Of a DNA stretch of 64,000 nucleotides, positions 10,401-19,369 are shown piece by piece. Numbering within the stretch: the first letter of the stretch is position 1; each line of letters starts with the position of its first letter. Made by a program: the position numbers and the translations under genes. Under the pieces are notes generated by a model. That model saw nothing but the letters and a program-made list of their open reading frames with translations, was not told where the DNA came from and searched no databases. The stretch spans positions 1,280,001 through 1,344,000 of the forward strand of contig OY821641.1 of the NCBI GenBank assembly GCA_963555995.3. Reading direction: 5' to 3'. Source of the DNA: Vicinamibacteria bacterium. GTDB taxonomy: Bacteria > Acidobacteriota > Vicinamibacteria > Marinacidobacterales > Marinacidobacteraceae.

Positions 10401-10786
10401 GCGTTCGCGATCCAGAGGTTCTCGACCCCGGTACGGTCGCTCAGGAAGGCGATCTCGCTCCCGTCCGGGGAGAAGACCGGCTGGCTCTCGAACGAGATGT
10501 CTCCCATGATCCGGGTGGCCGTCCCGCCGGCGATCGGCAGCGTGTAGAGGTCGCCGAGCAGCTCGAAGACGATCGTCTGCCCGTCCGGCGAGACGTCGAG
10601 GGACATCCAGGTGCCTTCGGTGACGGTGAAGGACAGGGTGTCGGTGGCGGCCAGCGGCAGCCCCTCGTCCTTCGCTTCGGCTTCGTCGGCGTCCTGGAAG
10701 GCCCATCCGGACGGCGGCGGGACGAGGCCCGCGGCAAACAACAAGGGCAACAAACGGAATCGCACGCGCTCTACCTCCGGCTGCAA
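7475..10786 (-). CDS. Secreted amidohydrolase with TolB/PD40 beta-propeller repeats (start uncertain)
   Basis: Signal peptide; EGTWMSLDVSPDG and WSPDG repeats; MPGYVDAHAH; GTLEAGKLAD. Confidence 0.9.
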   Translation of the reverse strand: MQPEVERVRFRLLPLLFAAGLVPPPSGWAFQDADEAEAKDEGLPLAATDTLSFTVTEGTWMSLDVSPDGQTIVFELLGDLYTLPIAGGTATRIMGDISFESQPVFSPDGSEIAFLSDRTGVENLWIANADGSGPRAVTKDGPTRDRPQLMVSPSWTADGNYLLVSKSRPPERTAAVFLIHRDGGTGVRLGDKPPEPTPGVPGSQPPNRLGAVASADGRYVYVSERRGTFNYNAQFPIWQVVRFDRETGEETTITSAPGSAMRPLLHPDGRHLVYATRHRTRTALRVRDLTTGAERWLANGVTRDDQESRASRDTMPGYAFTPDGAALIATVDGGFRRIDFETGAMTPIPFEAQVEAAVAPRLYFPRRVDDGPTVTARIIRWPRIAPDGSAVVFSAFSRLYRMDLPGGTPARLTDSDEDEFMPAWSPDGNSIAYVTWSSTGGHLKTVPAAGGSGTALTTDPAFYAEPAWNPAGDAIVIRRAPVKEHLYSFLRESWGKTDLYADEDEIGGMRPAELSELLLVPATGGDLTVIGPAEGGRFPHFTNDPERVYLTGSSAGLYSLQLDGSDRKTHLKVTGRGAGANPPPAGQIMLSPNGDRAFFELQNRHYLVEVPAFGKNTLEIKVGGGDTPTPVREVAPEGGDHLAWSAAGDAVVWSLGNRIYRQDAAAIGGDDDLAPDTFDAVVTEPRARPSGTILLKDAARVLTMNGEEIIEGGDVLVEDNRIAAVGADLDAPEGARVFDVSGKTVMPGYVDAHAHMWAPRGVHQRQVFQHLANLAYGVTTTRDPQTSTADVFAYRDLQEIGRILAPRIYATGPGIFSRSGVYDADAADDFLKRYAEAYDAVTIKQYVVGDRIVRQWVAMASLKHRLIPTTEGALDLKLNLTQMADGYSGHEHSLPIVPIYDDVAQYVARTDTYYTPTILVAYGGPWSENYYFQNTDVVGDEKLARFIPAAILDNMVRRRGQWFLPEEYVHEGIADGCTKVMRAGGRCALGSHGQLQGLGAHWEIWAMQSGGLTEHETLIASTFFGAEAIGFPEDLGTLEAGKLADIQILDADPLADIRNTNSVRFVMRNGELFDANTMAQLWPVERSAPDRFWVADNPPGGRR

Positions 10787-10889
10787 CGCAGCCCGCCGAT
10801 TCTACGGGCGGGGCGCGGGGGCCCAGGAAGGGCCGGTGGGAGGCGCCCCGATCCGGGCCACGGTGGCGCGGCGCTCTGCCGGCCAGCGT

Positions 10890-11180
10890 TCAGGAATCCG
10901 GGGGCGAGCCGGCTCCGCCGGAGTTCGCCGGACGGCCGGACGCGGGCTGGGCGTCGTCGCGCTCCGCGAGCCCCAGGAACCCCTCGATCCGGGCGACGCG
11001 GCGGTCGAGGTCGTCGAGCCGCTCTTCGATCCGGTCCATGCGGGCCTCGATCCGGTCCATGCGGGCGTTTGCCGTGGAAATGTGTTGCCGGCGAGACGTC
11101 AGCCAGCGCCCATGGCGCCGGTGTTCCTGGCCGGCGCGTCGCCGGCTCTGCTGAGCTCGACGCCGAGGTGGGAGACGCAT
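10890..11180 (-). CDS. Small coiled-coil protein or remnant with a 21-bp tandem repeat
   Basis: ARMDRIE-ARMDRIE-ERLDDLDRRVARIEGFLG heptads; 20-nt unit repeated at 11026 and 11047; N-terminus unconvincing. Confidence 0.35.
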   Translation of the reverse strand: MRLPPRRRAQQSRRRAGQEHRRHGRWLTSRRQHISTANARMDRIEARMDRIEERLDDLDRRVARIEGFLGLAERDDAQPASGRPANSGGAGSPPDS

Positions 11181-11200
11181 TTGCCGGGTGGCGTTGCGCC

Positions 11201-11250
11201 GTGCGCAGCGCGGAGCGCTGCGCGTGCCGGTCTGGAGACCGGCGTTCCAG
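11201..11250. repeat. REP-like copy with extended flank
   Basis: GTGCGCAGCGCGGAGCGCTGCGCGTGCCGGTCTGGAGACCGGCGTTCCAG resembles 3559-3610 and the inverted copy at 46053-46100. Confidence 0.8.
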
Positions 11251-11302
11251 GGCGGTGCGGCAGGGGGCGGAACGTCGTTGCCCCCTGGAGGCTGGGGTTT
11301 CC

Positions 11303-12946
11303 TTATGCCGTGGTTACCGCGCCGCGGCTTGCGGAGGAGACGGTGCGGGCGTACTTGGCGAGCGCGCCGACCCGGAACTCGGACTCCGGTGGGGTCGCCA
11401 CGCGCGATTCCGCATCGGTCATGTCCACGTCGAGTCTGCGTGATTCCAGGTCGATGGTGATGGCGTCGCCGTCGCGGACCAGCCCGATGGGGCCGCCGGC
11501 GGCGGCCTCGGGGGCGATGTGACCGATCATGAAGCCGTAGGTGGCGCCGCTGAAGCGGCCGTCGGTGATGAGCGCCACGCTGTCGCCCAGGCCGCGCCCG
11601 ATGACCGCGGCGGTGACGCCGAGCATCTCCCGCATGCCGGGTCCTCCCTGCGGACCCTCGTAGCGGATCACGATGACGTCTCCCGGCCGGATGCGGCCCT
11701 CCTGGACGGCGGCGAACGCCGTCTCCTCCGAATCGAAGACCCGCGCCGGCCCCTCGTGCCGCGTCTTGCTGTGTCCGGCCAGCTTCAGGACGCAGCCTTC
11801 CGGAGCGAGGCTGCCGGTGAGGATGGCGAGACCTCCGCGCGCCTTGACCGGCCGGGCCGCCGGGCGGATGACCTCCTGTCCCGTGCGCTCCGTGGCCGCG
11901 TCGGCCAGATCGTGGAGCGAGGCGCCCGAGACGGTGGGGGTGTCCGCGACCAGCCCGAGCTCGCGGAGCCGGCTGGCGAGGAGGCGCATGCCCCCGGCGG
12001 CCTCCATGTCGGGCGCGGTGAACCGGCCCCCGGGTTTCAGGTCGGTGAGGACGGGCGTGCCGGCCCCGATCTCGTCGAGGTCCGCGAGGGTCAGTTCGCT
12101 TCCCGCTTCGTGGGCGATGGCGAGCAGGTGGAGCACCGCGTTCGTGGAGCCGGCGGTGGCCGACACCGACACGTAGGCGTTCCGGAGGGCTTCCCGCGAG
12201 AGGAAGTGCCGCGCCGTCCGCCCTTCGCGCAGCAGTTCCATGACGCGCTTCCCCACCCGCCGCGCCACCTGCGGCTTCCGCGGGTCGGTGGCGGGAATCT
12301 CGTTGCCCACCATGGGGGAGATCCCGAGGAACGCGGTGGCCACCGACATGGTGTTGGCGGTGAACTGGCCGCCGCAGGCCCCGGCGCCGGGGCAGGCGAC
12401 GCCCTCGAGTTCGTGTAGCTCTTCGTCGCTCATCCGGCCGGCGGCGTGGGCGCCCACCGCCTCGAAGACGTCCTGGATCGTCACGTCCTGTCCGCGAAAG
12501 CGCCCCGGCGCGATGGAGCCGCCGTAGAGCATGAGCGAGGGCAGGTCCAGCCGGGCGAGCGCCATGACCGTTCCCGGGATGGTCTTGTCGCAGCCGGAGA
12601 TCGCCACCACGCCGTCGAGCAGGTGGCCGCGCGCCACGAGCTCGATGGAGTCCGCCACCACCTCGCGGGAGACGAGCGATGCGCGCATCCCGGACGACCC
12701 CATCGCGATCCCGTCCGTGACCACGATGGTGTTGAACTCGAGCGGGGTGCCTCCGGCTTCGCGGACCCCGATCTTGACCTGCTCCGCCAGTTCCCGGAGG
12801 TGGGCGTTGCAGGGGGTGATCTCGGTCCAGGTGTTGGCGATGCCGATCAGCGGCCGGGAAAGCGCCTCGTCGGTGAGGCCGACCGCCTTCCACATGGCGC
12901 GGGCGGGGGCGCGGCTCGGGCCGCTCTTGATCTCGTCGCTTCGCAT
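11303..12946 (-). CDS. ilvD: Dihydroxy-acid dehydratase
   Basis: PCNAHL, GCDKT, GACGGQFTANTM, GPGMREM, LITDGRFSG. Confidence 0.97.
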   Translation of the reverse strand: MRSDEIKSGPSRAPARAMWKAVGLTDEALSRPLIGIANTWTEITPCNAHLRELAEQVKIGVREAGGTPLEFNTIVVTDGIAMGSSGMRASLVSREVVADSIELVARGHLLDGVVAISGCDKTIPGTVMALARLDLPSLMLYGGSIAPGRFRGQDVTIQDVFEAVGAHAAGRMSDEELHELEGVACPGAGACGGQFTANTMSVATAFLGISPMVGNEIPATDPRKPQVARRVGKRVMELLREGRTARHFLSREALRNAYVSVSATAGSTNAVLHLLAIAHEAGSELTLADLDEIGAGTPVLTDLKPGGRFTAPDMEAAGGMRLLASRLRELGLVADTPTVSGASLHDLADAATERTGQEVIRPAARPVKARGGLAILTGSLAPEGCVLKLAGHSKTRHEGPARVFDSEETAFAAVQEGRIRPGDVIVIRYEGPQGGPGMREMLGVTAAVIGRGLGDSVALITDGRFSGATYGFMIGHIAPEAAAGGPIGLVRDGDAITIDLESRRLDVDMTDAESRVATPPESEFRVGALAKYARTVSSASRGAVTTA

Positions 12947-13008
12947 GGGGCGCTCCTGACGCCGGAGGACGGTGGGGCTCCGGCGGGCGGCTACTCTCTC
13001 ACGAACCG

Positions 13009-13932
13009 GTGCCGAAACAGCCGCCCGAACCTTCCCGCTTCCTCATCTTCGGCGCGGGCGCGGTCGGCAGCGTCTTCGCCGCCCGCCTGGCGGTGCGCCA
13101 CCCGGTGGCGGTGGTGGCGCGCGGCGCGCGGCTGGCGCAGATCGCGCGCGACGGAATCCGGGTGGAGGGAGAGACCGAAGCGGCGATCCGCCCGCCCGCC
13201 GCGCCCCTGGCCCGGGAGCTTGCGGATTTCCGGCCCGACTACGTGCTGGTCACCGTGAAGGCGCATGCCACCCGGAGGGCGGCCCCCTCGCTCGAACCGC
13301 TGGGCCGCCGGCCGGTGCGGGTCTCGCTGCAGAACGGGCTGGGGAACGAGGAGGCGCTGGCGGCCGGGGGGTACCCGGTGATCGCCGCCGTCTCCAACAA
13401 CGGGGCGACGCTGCGGGAGTCCGGGCGGGTGTTCCACGCCGGGCTCGGCGAGGTCATCCTGAGCGGGTTCGAGGCCGTCTCCGATCCACAGGTGGGCCGG
13501 CTCGCCCGGCGCCTGTCGGACGCCGGTTTTCCGGTGGAGCGGGTTCCGGACATCCGGAAGCCGCTGTGGGACAAGACGATCCTGAACGCCGCGGTCAATC
13601 CCGTGACCGCGCTGCTGGGTCTCCGCACCGGCCAGTTGCTCCGGGACCCCGGCACCGAACGCCTCCTCCGGATGCTGGTCCGGGAGGCGGTCGCCGTGGC
13701 GAGCGCCGAAGGCGTCACCACCTCGGAGAGCGAAGTCTGGGACCTGATCCGGCGGATCGTGGCCCGGACCGCGGGAAACAAGACGAGCATGTTGCAGGAC
13801 CTCGAGCGCGGGGCGCCCACGGAGGTCGAGGCGATGAACGGCGCGATCGTCGCCCGCGGCGCGAAACACGGCATCGAGACCCCCTGGAACCGGCTCATGT
13901 TCCGCCTCGTCCGCGCCCGCGAGCGGGGGTGA
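13009..13932 (+). CDS. panE: 2-dehydropantoate 2-reductase
   Basis: GAGAVG, VTVKA, SLQNGLG, W.K...NAAVNP, TSMLQD, TEVEAMNG. Confidence 0.92.
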   Translation: MPKQPPEPSRFLIFGAGAVGSVFAARLAVRHPVAVVARGARLAQIARDGIRVEGETEAAIRPPAAPLARELADFRPDYVLVTVKAHATRRAAPSLEPLGRRPVRVSLQNGLGNEEALAAGGYPVIAAVSNNGATLRESGRVFHAGLGEVILSGFEAVSDPQVGRLARRLSDAGFPVERVPDIRKPLWDKTILNAAVNPVTALLGLRTGQLLRDPGTERLLRMLVREAVAVASAEGVTTSESEVWDLIRRIVARTAGNKTSMLQDLERGAPTEVEAMNGAIVARGAKHGIETPWNRLMFRLVRARERG

Positions 13933-14128
13933 CGGACGGGCGTGACCTGGTGGGCCTGCTCTGCTGACCAGATCGGATGTCCATCAGAGTGGAACAACGC
14001 CACGGGTCGTCTCCTGGGCGGACACGGTCACGATCACGGTCCAGGCCAGCACCGATCCGACCGGCTATCCTCACGGAGCCGTCCCTGCGTCGTCCGGGTT
14101 GCCCCGAGACCCGGGGAACGGAACTGCC

Positions 14129-14830
14129 ATGAGGATCTCGCCGGCCGCTCTTCCCGTCGCGCTGGGGGTCCTGCTCGCGGCGTCGCCGGGCGGCTCGGCG
14201 ACGAACGAGGCGTCCGGCCAGCAGCACGGACGACCCGCGCCGACCGCGGGCGGCGGCGAGGAAGCCGCGCCGCAGTACGGTCTGACGGACACCTGCGACG
14301 TCGCGCGCGCCGGCGTCCGCTGGGTCCTGTCCTACGACGCGGCGGCGAACGCCTTTGTCGGGACGGTGGAAAACACCACCCGGCGAACGTTGCGCCGCGT
14401 CCGCACGGAAGTCCGTCTCTCGAACGGCATCGGACTCGACCCCACGACGCTGGAGGGCCTCTTTCCCGGACAGACGGCGGACCTGAGACTGCCTGCCTCA
14501 CCGGAGCCGTTCGAGACCTGGAGCGCCCACCTGGAGGTCGAGGACGGCGCCAAGGAAGAGGACGGGACCGCGCCCGCCGGGGTCGAGGCCGCCGCGCGGC
14601 GACTGCTGGCGGAGGCGACGGCGGGCGCGGAGGAGGATGCGTTCACGCTCGTCAGCGCCGAGAGAGTGGATTGGGGCGACGCCAGCCTGGGCTGCGCGCG
14701 GGAGGGCATGGCGTACGCGGCGGTCGTGACTCCGGGTTACGAGCTGGTCTTCGCGCTGGGAGACGCGTCCTACGCGGTCCACACCAACATGTCCGGCTCC
14801 AGCGTCGTACTCTGCGGCCGGGGCGAATGA
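14129..14830 (+). CDS. Secreted two-domain hypothetical protein (FxLYD-like Ig domain plus a 'WxDxSLGC...VxTPGY' domain)
   Basis: Signal peptide; AFVGTVENTT..TL..VR.EV.LSNG; VDWGDASLGC...VVTPGYELVF. Confidence 0.6.
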   Translation: MRISPAALPVALGVLLAASPGGSATNEASGQQHGRPAPTAGGGEEAAPQYGLTDTCDVARAGVRWVLSYDAAANAFVGTVENTTRRTLRRVRTEVRLSNGIGLDPTTLEGLFPGQTADLRLPASPEPFETWSAHLEVEDGAKEEDGTAPAGVEAAARRLLAEATAGAEEDAFTLVSAERVDWGDASLGCAREGMAYAAVVTPGYELVFALGDASYAVHTNMSGSSVVLCGRGE

Positions 14831-14981
14831 GCCCCTCCGCCGCCCGGCGTGCCGCGATGGCGACGCCGATCGGCGACGGTCCGACCCGCGCGAAGCGCAA
14901 CGCGTTCGTGACCCCTGGCCACGGGGCGCGATCCGGGGGATGGGACCCGGTTCCGGCGCGCGGGCGCCGGAGTGCGACGGT

Positions 14982-15851
14982 CTATCCCGGTCCCCGCTCC
15001 ACCGGCCGGGCCGGGTCGCTGGACCACTCGGACCAGGAGCCCGTATAGACGGCCACGTCGCGGACCGCGGCGAGTTCGAGCGCCAGCGCGTTGTGGGCGG
15101 CGGTGAGACCGGAGCCGCAGTAGCAGACGATCCGGCGGCCCTCCCGGGCGGCCGCCAGCGGCTCGAACCGGCGGCGCAGTTCCTCCGGCGCGTGGAAGCG
15201 CCCGTCCGGGGCCACATTCCGCTTCCAGAGGTGGTTCCTCGCCCCCGGGATGCGCCCCGCCACCGGATCAATGGGCTCCTTTTCGCCGCGCCAGCGGACC
15301 GGTTCGCGGGCGTCCAGCAGCAGGTGGGCGCGCTGCGCGAGGCCCGCCTCCACCTCGGCCACGCCGACCGCCATGCCGCCCATGGGGTTGGCGAGGAAGC
15401 GCCGGGCGGGCCGCGTCTCCTCCCCGTGGCGGACGGCGCCCCCCGCTTGGGTCCAGGCGGGGAGCCCTCCGTCGAGGACGGCCACCCGGGCGTGGCCCAG
15501 GTAGCGCAGCATCCACCAGAGCCGCGCCGCGAACATCCCCGAGACGTCGTCGTAGGCGACCACCACGCTCTCGGGGCCGATGCCGAGCCGCCCGAAGACC
15601 TCCGCCATCCGCGCGGCGTCGGGCAGGGGGTGGCGTCCGTTGGTCCCGGTCTTCCCGCCGGAGAGATCGCGGTCGGTGTCGGCGAAGACCGCGCCGGGGA
15701 CATGCCCCTCGAGATAGCGGGCCCGCCCCCAGGCCGGGTCCATGAGGTTGGCCCGCACGTCCACCACGACCAGGGCGGGGTCCCCGGCGTCGAGCCGCTC
15801 GCGGAGCCAGCCGGCGGAGACGATCGGTGGCGGGACGCCGTTCACGGACAA
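14982..15851 (-). CDS. Tandem-rhodanese sulfurtransferase (SseA-like)
   Basis: GHVPGA, GRHPLP, AARLWW, YCGSG, YTGSWSEW. Confidence 0.92.
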   Translation of the reverse strand: MSVNGVPPPIVSAGWLRERLDAGDPALVVVDVRANLMDPAWGRARYLEGHVPGAVFADTDRDLSGGKTGTNGRHPLPDAARMAEVFGRLGIGPESVVVAYDDVSGMFAARLWWMLRYLGHARVAVLDGGLPAWTQAGGAVRHGEETRPARRFLANPMGGMAVGVAEVEAGLAQRAHLLLDAREPVRWRGEKEPIDPVAGRIPGARNHLWKRNVAPDGRFHAPEELRRRFEPLAAAREGRRIVCYCGSGLTAAHNALALELAAVRDVAVYTGSWSEWSSDPARPVERGPG

Positions 15852-15866
15852 GAGCCTACCGGCCCG

Positions 15867-17585
15867 TCACCGGCTCGTTGCCGCCGGATGGGTGCGGGCG
15901 CCCGCGACCCAGGTCGCGTGGACTTCCAGGTCGAGGATCGAGCGGTCGGGTGGATGCGGGACCGGGCCGCTCAGGATCACGAAATCAGCCCACTTGCCGA
16001 CCTCGATCGAGCCGATCTCGTCGTCCCAGCCGGCCGCCGCCGCCGGCGCCAGGGTATAGGCGGCGAGCGCCTCTTCCCAGGTCACCCGCTGCTCCGGATG
16101 CCAGCCTCCCGGAGGTCCGCCGGAGGGTTTCTCGCGAACCGTCGCCGCGTAGAGCTGGCGGAGGGGATCGAGCGGCGCGGTCGCCCAGTCGCTCCCGAAG
16201 ACGAGGGTGGCGCCGGCGTCGCGGGCCGCGCCCCAGGCGAAGGACCAGGCGGCCCGGGCTTCTCCCAGACGGTCGGTGTTGTAGATGTCGATCCCCGTGA
16301 TGCAGTGGTGTGGATTGAAGGACGCGAGTACCCCGAGTTCCGTGAATCGCGGGGCGTCGTCCGGGTCCAGCACCTCGATGTGCTCGATGCGGTCCGGGAG
16401 TTCCGGAGACGGCCCGCGCTCCGCGGCGGTCTTGAAGGCGTCGAGGGAGCCGCGCACCGCGCGGTCCCCGATCGCGTGGATCGCCACCGGGAAACCCGAA
16501 GCGTGGAGCCGCGCCACGGCGTCGGTGAGGTCCTCGACCTCCGTCACCAGGAAACCAGACTCCTCCGGCGCGTCGGCGTAGGGGGCGAGGAGCGCGGCGG
16601 TGCGGGCGGAGAGCACCCCGTCCGCCATCAGCTTCGCGTATCCCACCTCGAAGGTCGGTCCGCGCTCCGCGGTGACCGGGGCCAGGGTTTCACGCGCCTC
16701 GTCCTTCGCCGCCGCCAGTTCCTCCACGCGGTCGGCCGCGCCGGTGGCGCCGTACCAGACCCGGAGGGGGAGTTCGCCGGCAGCGGCGAACGCAACGTAG
16801 CGGGGGATCTGCCGGAGCCCGGCCATGTTGTGGACCCCGGTCAGGCCGAGCCGGGCCGCCGCCGCAAAGGTCTGGCGCATGGCGTCCCGTTCGTCTTCCG
16901 CGCTGAGCGGCGGGACGTGGTCCCGCACCAGCGCGCCTGCCGTTTCGAGGAGGACGCCGGTGGGGTCGCCCGAGGCATAGCGAACGATCCGGCCGCCGGG
17001 CGGATCGGGAGTCGCGGCGTCCACCCCGGCGATCTCGAGCGCCAGGCTGTTGACCCAGGTGGTATGGCCGTCAATGTCGGAGAGGGCCACGGGGTTCTCG
17101 GGGGTTATCGGATCGAGATCCTCCACCGACGGGAACGCGCCTCCGGACAGGGTGTGGTCCCACCGGCCGCCCACGATCCAGGCGCCGGGGCCGAGTTCGG
17201 CCGCGCGCGTGGCGATCCGGCGGCTCCATTCCCCGCGGTCGGCAATCCCCGTGAGGTCCACTCCCCGGACCAGGGAGAGTCCCGACTCCAGGTGGACGTG
17301 TCCGTCCATCAACCCCGGAAGGACCGCCTGGCCGTCGAGTTCGATCACTTCCGTCGTTTCGCCGACCCAGCGCTCCGTCTGGCGCGCGTCTCCCACGAAG
17401 ACGAACCGCCCGTCCCGCACCGCCAGGGCCCCCGCGGTCGGGTTCCGGGCGTCCGAGGTGTGGATCACGCCGCCCCGCACGACCAAGTCCGCCGGCCCCC
17501 CTTCGGGCGCCCCCCGGCAGCCGGCGGCGACGAGAAGTACGCCGATGGCGACGGTCCGGTGCAGGGTGCCGCGCGCTGGTTCCAT
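15867..17585 (-). CDS. Amidohydrolase 3 family (YtcJ-like) lipoprotein
   Basis: PGLMDGHVH, IHAIGDRA, RIEHIE, FGSDW, GSIEVGKWADF; AAGC lipobox. Confidence 0.9.
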   Translation of the reverse strand: MEPARGTLHRTVAIGVLLVAAGCRGAPEGGPADLVVRGGVIHTSDARNPTAGALAVRDGRFVFVGDARQTERWVGETTEVIELDGQAVLPGLMDGHVHLESGLSLVRGVDLTGIADRGEWSRRIATRAAELGPGAWIVGGRWDHTLSGGAFPSVEDLDPITPENPVALSDIDGHTTWVNSLALEIAGVDAATPDPPGGRIVRYASGDPTGVLLETAGALVRDHVPPLSAEDERDAMRQTFAAAARLGLTGVHNMAGLRQIPRYVAFAAAGELPLRVWYGATGAADRVEELAAAKDEARETLAPVTAERGPTFEVGYAKLMADGVLSARTAALLAPYADAPEESGFLVTEVEDLTDAVARLHASGFPVAIHAIGDRAVRGSLDAFKTAAERGPSPELPDRIEHIEVLDPDDAPRFTELGVLASFNPHHCITGIDIYNTDRLGEARAAWSFAWGAARDAGATLVFGSDWATAPLDPLRQLYAATVREKPSGGPPGGWHPEQRVTWEEALAAYTLAPAAAAGWDDEIGSIEVGKWADFVILSGPVPHPPDRSILDLEVHATWVAGARTHPAATSR

Positions 17586-17646
17586 GGCCCTATTCTCGCC
17601 CCCGAACGTTCCCGGGGGCATCGCGCTTTCCGCGCCCGGCCGGCGA

Positions 17647-18306
17647 TCAGACCCCGGCGCCCAGCGAGCGCCGCAGCTCGGGGGAGTTGGCGATCAGTTC
17701 GCCGAGCTCGGTCATGGAGTTCTCGATCGCGACCTCGATCGCCGCTCCGAGCGCCGCCGCGCCGGTGTCGCAGGTGAAGCCCCGCAGCGTCTGCACGCCG
17801 TTGCCGAACACCGTGTCGCGGACCTGCAGCCCCTCGTGGGTGAACGCGGAGACGGAGACGATCAGTTCGGCGCCGGCCTCGAAGTCGAGCATGCCGCCGC
17901 TGCTGAGGCCGACGTTGAAGGTGTCCACCCGCACCACGATGACGGAGTCGAGACCGCGCGCTTCCATCGCCGCCCGGTCGAGCGGCGCGGCGGTGGGCTC
18001 CACCTGGCGCACCAGCCGCTCCATGGTGCCGATGACCGAAATCTTGAAGGGTTCGCGGGCGTCCACCGGATAGCGGGAACCGCCGCAGTGTTCGTCGCCG
18101 GACGGATCGGGCATCAGGGGGACGTCGCGAAAGAGCTGGTCGGCGTCCACGAAGACCGCGGCGGCCGCCGGCAGCGGAGCGTCGAACGCGAACGCCTCGT
18201 AGGAGGGCGCCGGCCGCACCACCACCGCGTGCGAGCAGGCTGTCGAACCAAGCAGCAAAACGCCGCCCAGCAGGGCGGCGCGGCCGCCGGCACCGAGAGT
18301 TGTCAC
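17647..18306 (-). CDS. Hypothetical lipoprotein
   Basis: Hydrophobic N-terminus ending STAC; starts 1 bp after the ddl stop. Confidence 0.7.
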   Translation of the reverse strand: MTTLGAGGRAALLGGVLLLGSTACSHAVVVRPAPSYEAFAFDAPLPAAAAVFVDADQLFRDVPLMPDPSGDEHCGGSRYPVDAREPFKISVIGTMERLVRQVEPTAAPLDRAAMEARGLDSVIVVRVDTFNVGLSSGGMLDFEAGAELIVSVSAFTHEGLQVRDTVFGNGVQTLRGFTCDTGAAALGAAIEVAIENSMTELGELIANSPELRRSLGAGV

Positions 18307-18307
18307 T

Positions 18308-19369
18308 TCAGCTCCTCCTCGTGGCGGCGAGTCGGGCGATCCGGTCGCAGAGCGCCGGAAAGCTGATCCCCATCACCGCCGCCGACTGCGGCAGCAGGCT
18401 GCGCGTCGTCATGCCGGGAAGGGTATTGGCCTCCAGCACGAAGGGATCGCCGTTCGCGTCGAGGCGGAAGTCCACCCGGGAAAAATCCCTCAGACCGAGC
18501 GCCCGGTGGGTCTCCACGGTGAGGTCGCGCAGTTCCCGCGCCAGCGACTCGGGGATGTCCGCGGGGAAGATCTCTTCGGCGATCCCCGGGGTGTACTTGG
18601 CGTGGTAGTCGAAGAGCCCCGACCCCGTCACGATCTCGCCCACGCCGAGCGGTTCGAGACCGGCGCCGCCGGACGCGCCGACCACCCCGACGGTGAACTC
18701 GCGTCCGGGAAGCATTTCCTCCACGAGCACGCAACGGTCATGCGTCCGGGCCTCGGCGACGGCGGAGCGCACGTCGTCGAAGCCGTCCGCGGTCCGCAGC
18801 CCCACCGAGGAACCCACCCGCGACGGCTTGACGACCACCGGGGCGCCGAGCGCCTCGATCTCGTCCCGCCGGTCCTCCGGGGTCTCGGACTCCATCATCG
18901 CGAAGCGGGGGGTGGGAATCCCGGCGCCCTGCAGGACGCGCTTGGCCGAAGCCTTCTCCATGGCGAGGGCGCTCGCCAGCACGCCGCTGCCGGTGTAGGG
19001 CAGTCCGCCGAGTTCGAGGACGGCCTGGAGCAGACCGCCCTCGCCGTCGAGCCCGTGGAGCACCAGGAAGGCGAGATCGGCCCCGCTGACCGCCTTCAGG
19101 CGCAGGAGTCCCGGCACGTCCTCGCGGTCGCGCGCCAGGGCCAGTTCCTGATCCGCCGGCGGTTTGCGGCCCACCCGGAGCGCGAGGAACTGGCCTTCCT
19201 GCTCGGGCCCCAGGGCGCCGTGCACGGTATCCACCGCGGTGACTTCGTGCCCCGCCACCCGGAGGGCACGCAGCACCTCGCCGGCGCCGGCCAGCGCCAC
19301 GTCGCGCTCCGGAGTGGAGCCGCCGGTGATCAGCGCGATGCGCAGATGCCCGCCCGATCCGTCGCTCAC
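18308..19369 (-). CDS. ddl: D-alanine--D-alanine ligase family protein
   Basis: GGSTPERDVA, LHGLDGEGG, KPSRVGSSVG, FDYHAKY, RVDF, EANTLPGMT. Confidence 0.93.
   Translation of the reverse strand: MSDGSGGHLRIALITGGSTPERDVALAGAGEVLRALRVAGHEVTAVDTVHGALGPEQEGQFLALRVGRKPPADQELALARDREDVPGLLRLKAVSGADLAFLVLHGLDGEGGLLQAVLELGGLPYTGSGVLASALAMEKASAKRVLQGAGIPTPRFAMMESETPEDRRDEIEALGAPVVVKPSRVGSSVGLRTADGFDDVRSAVAEARTHDRCVLVEEMLPGREFTVGVVGASGGAGLEPLGVGEIVTGSGLFDYHAKYTPGIAEEIFPADIPESLARELRDLTVETHRALGLRDFSRVDFRLDANGDPFVLEANTLPGMTTRSLLPQSAAVMGISFPALCDRIARLAATRRS

Noticed and set aside
7742-11443. Long antisense ORFs (also 254-1459, 14940-17777, 25525-27639, 40126-42414, 46577-49363, 57865-60300)
   Set aside because: Shadow frames of real GC-rich genes with no recognisable motifs
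13933-14128. Possible gene remnant upstream of the secreted protein
   Set aside because: Open frame has no start codon and no recognisable similarity
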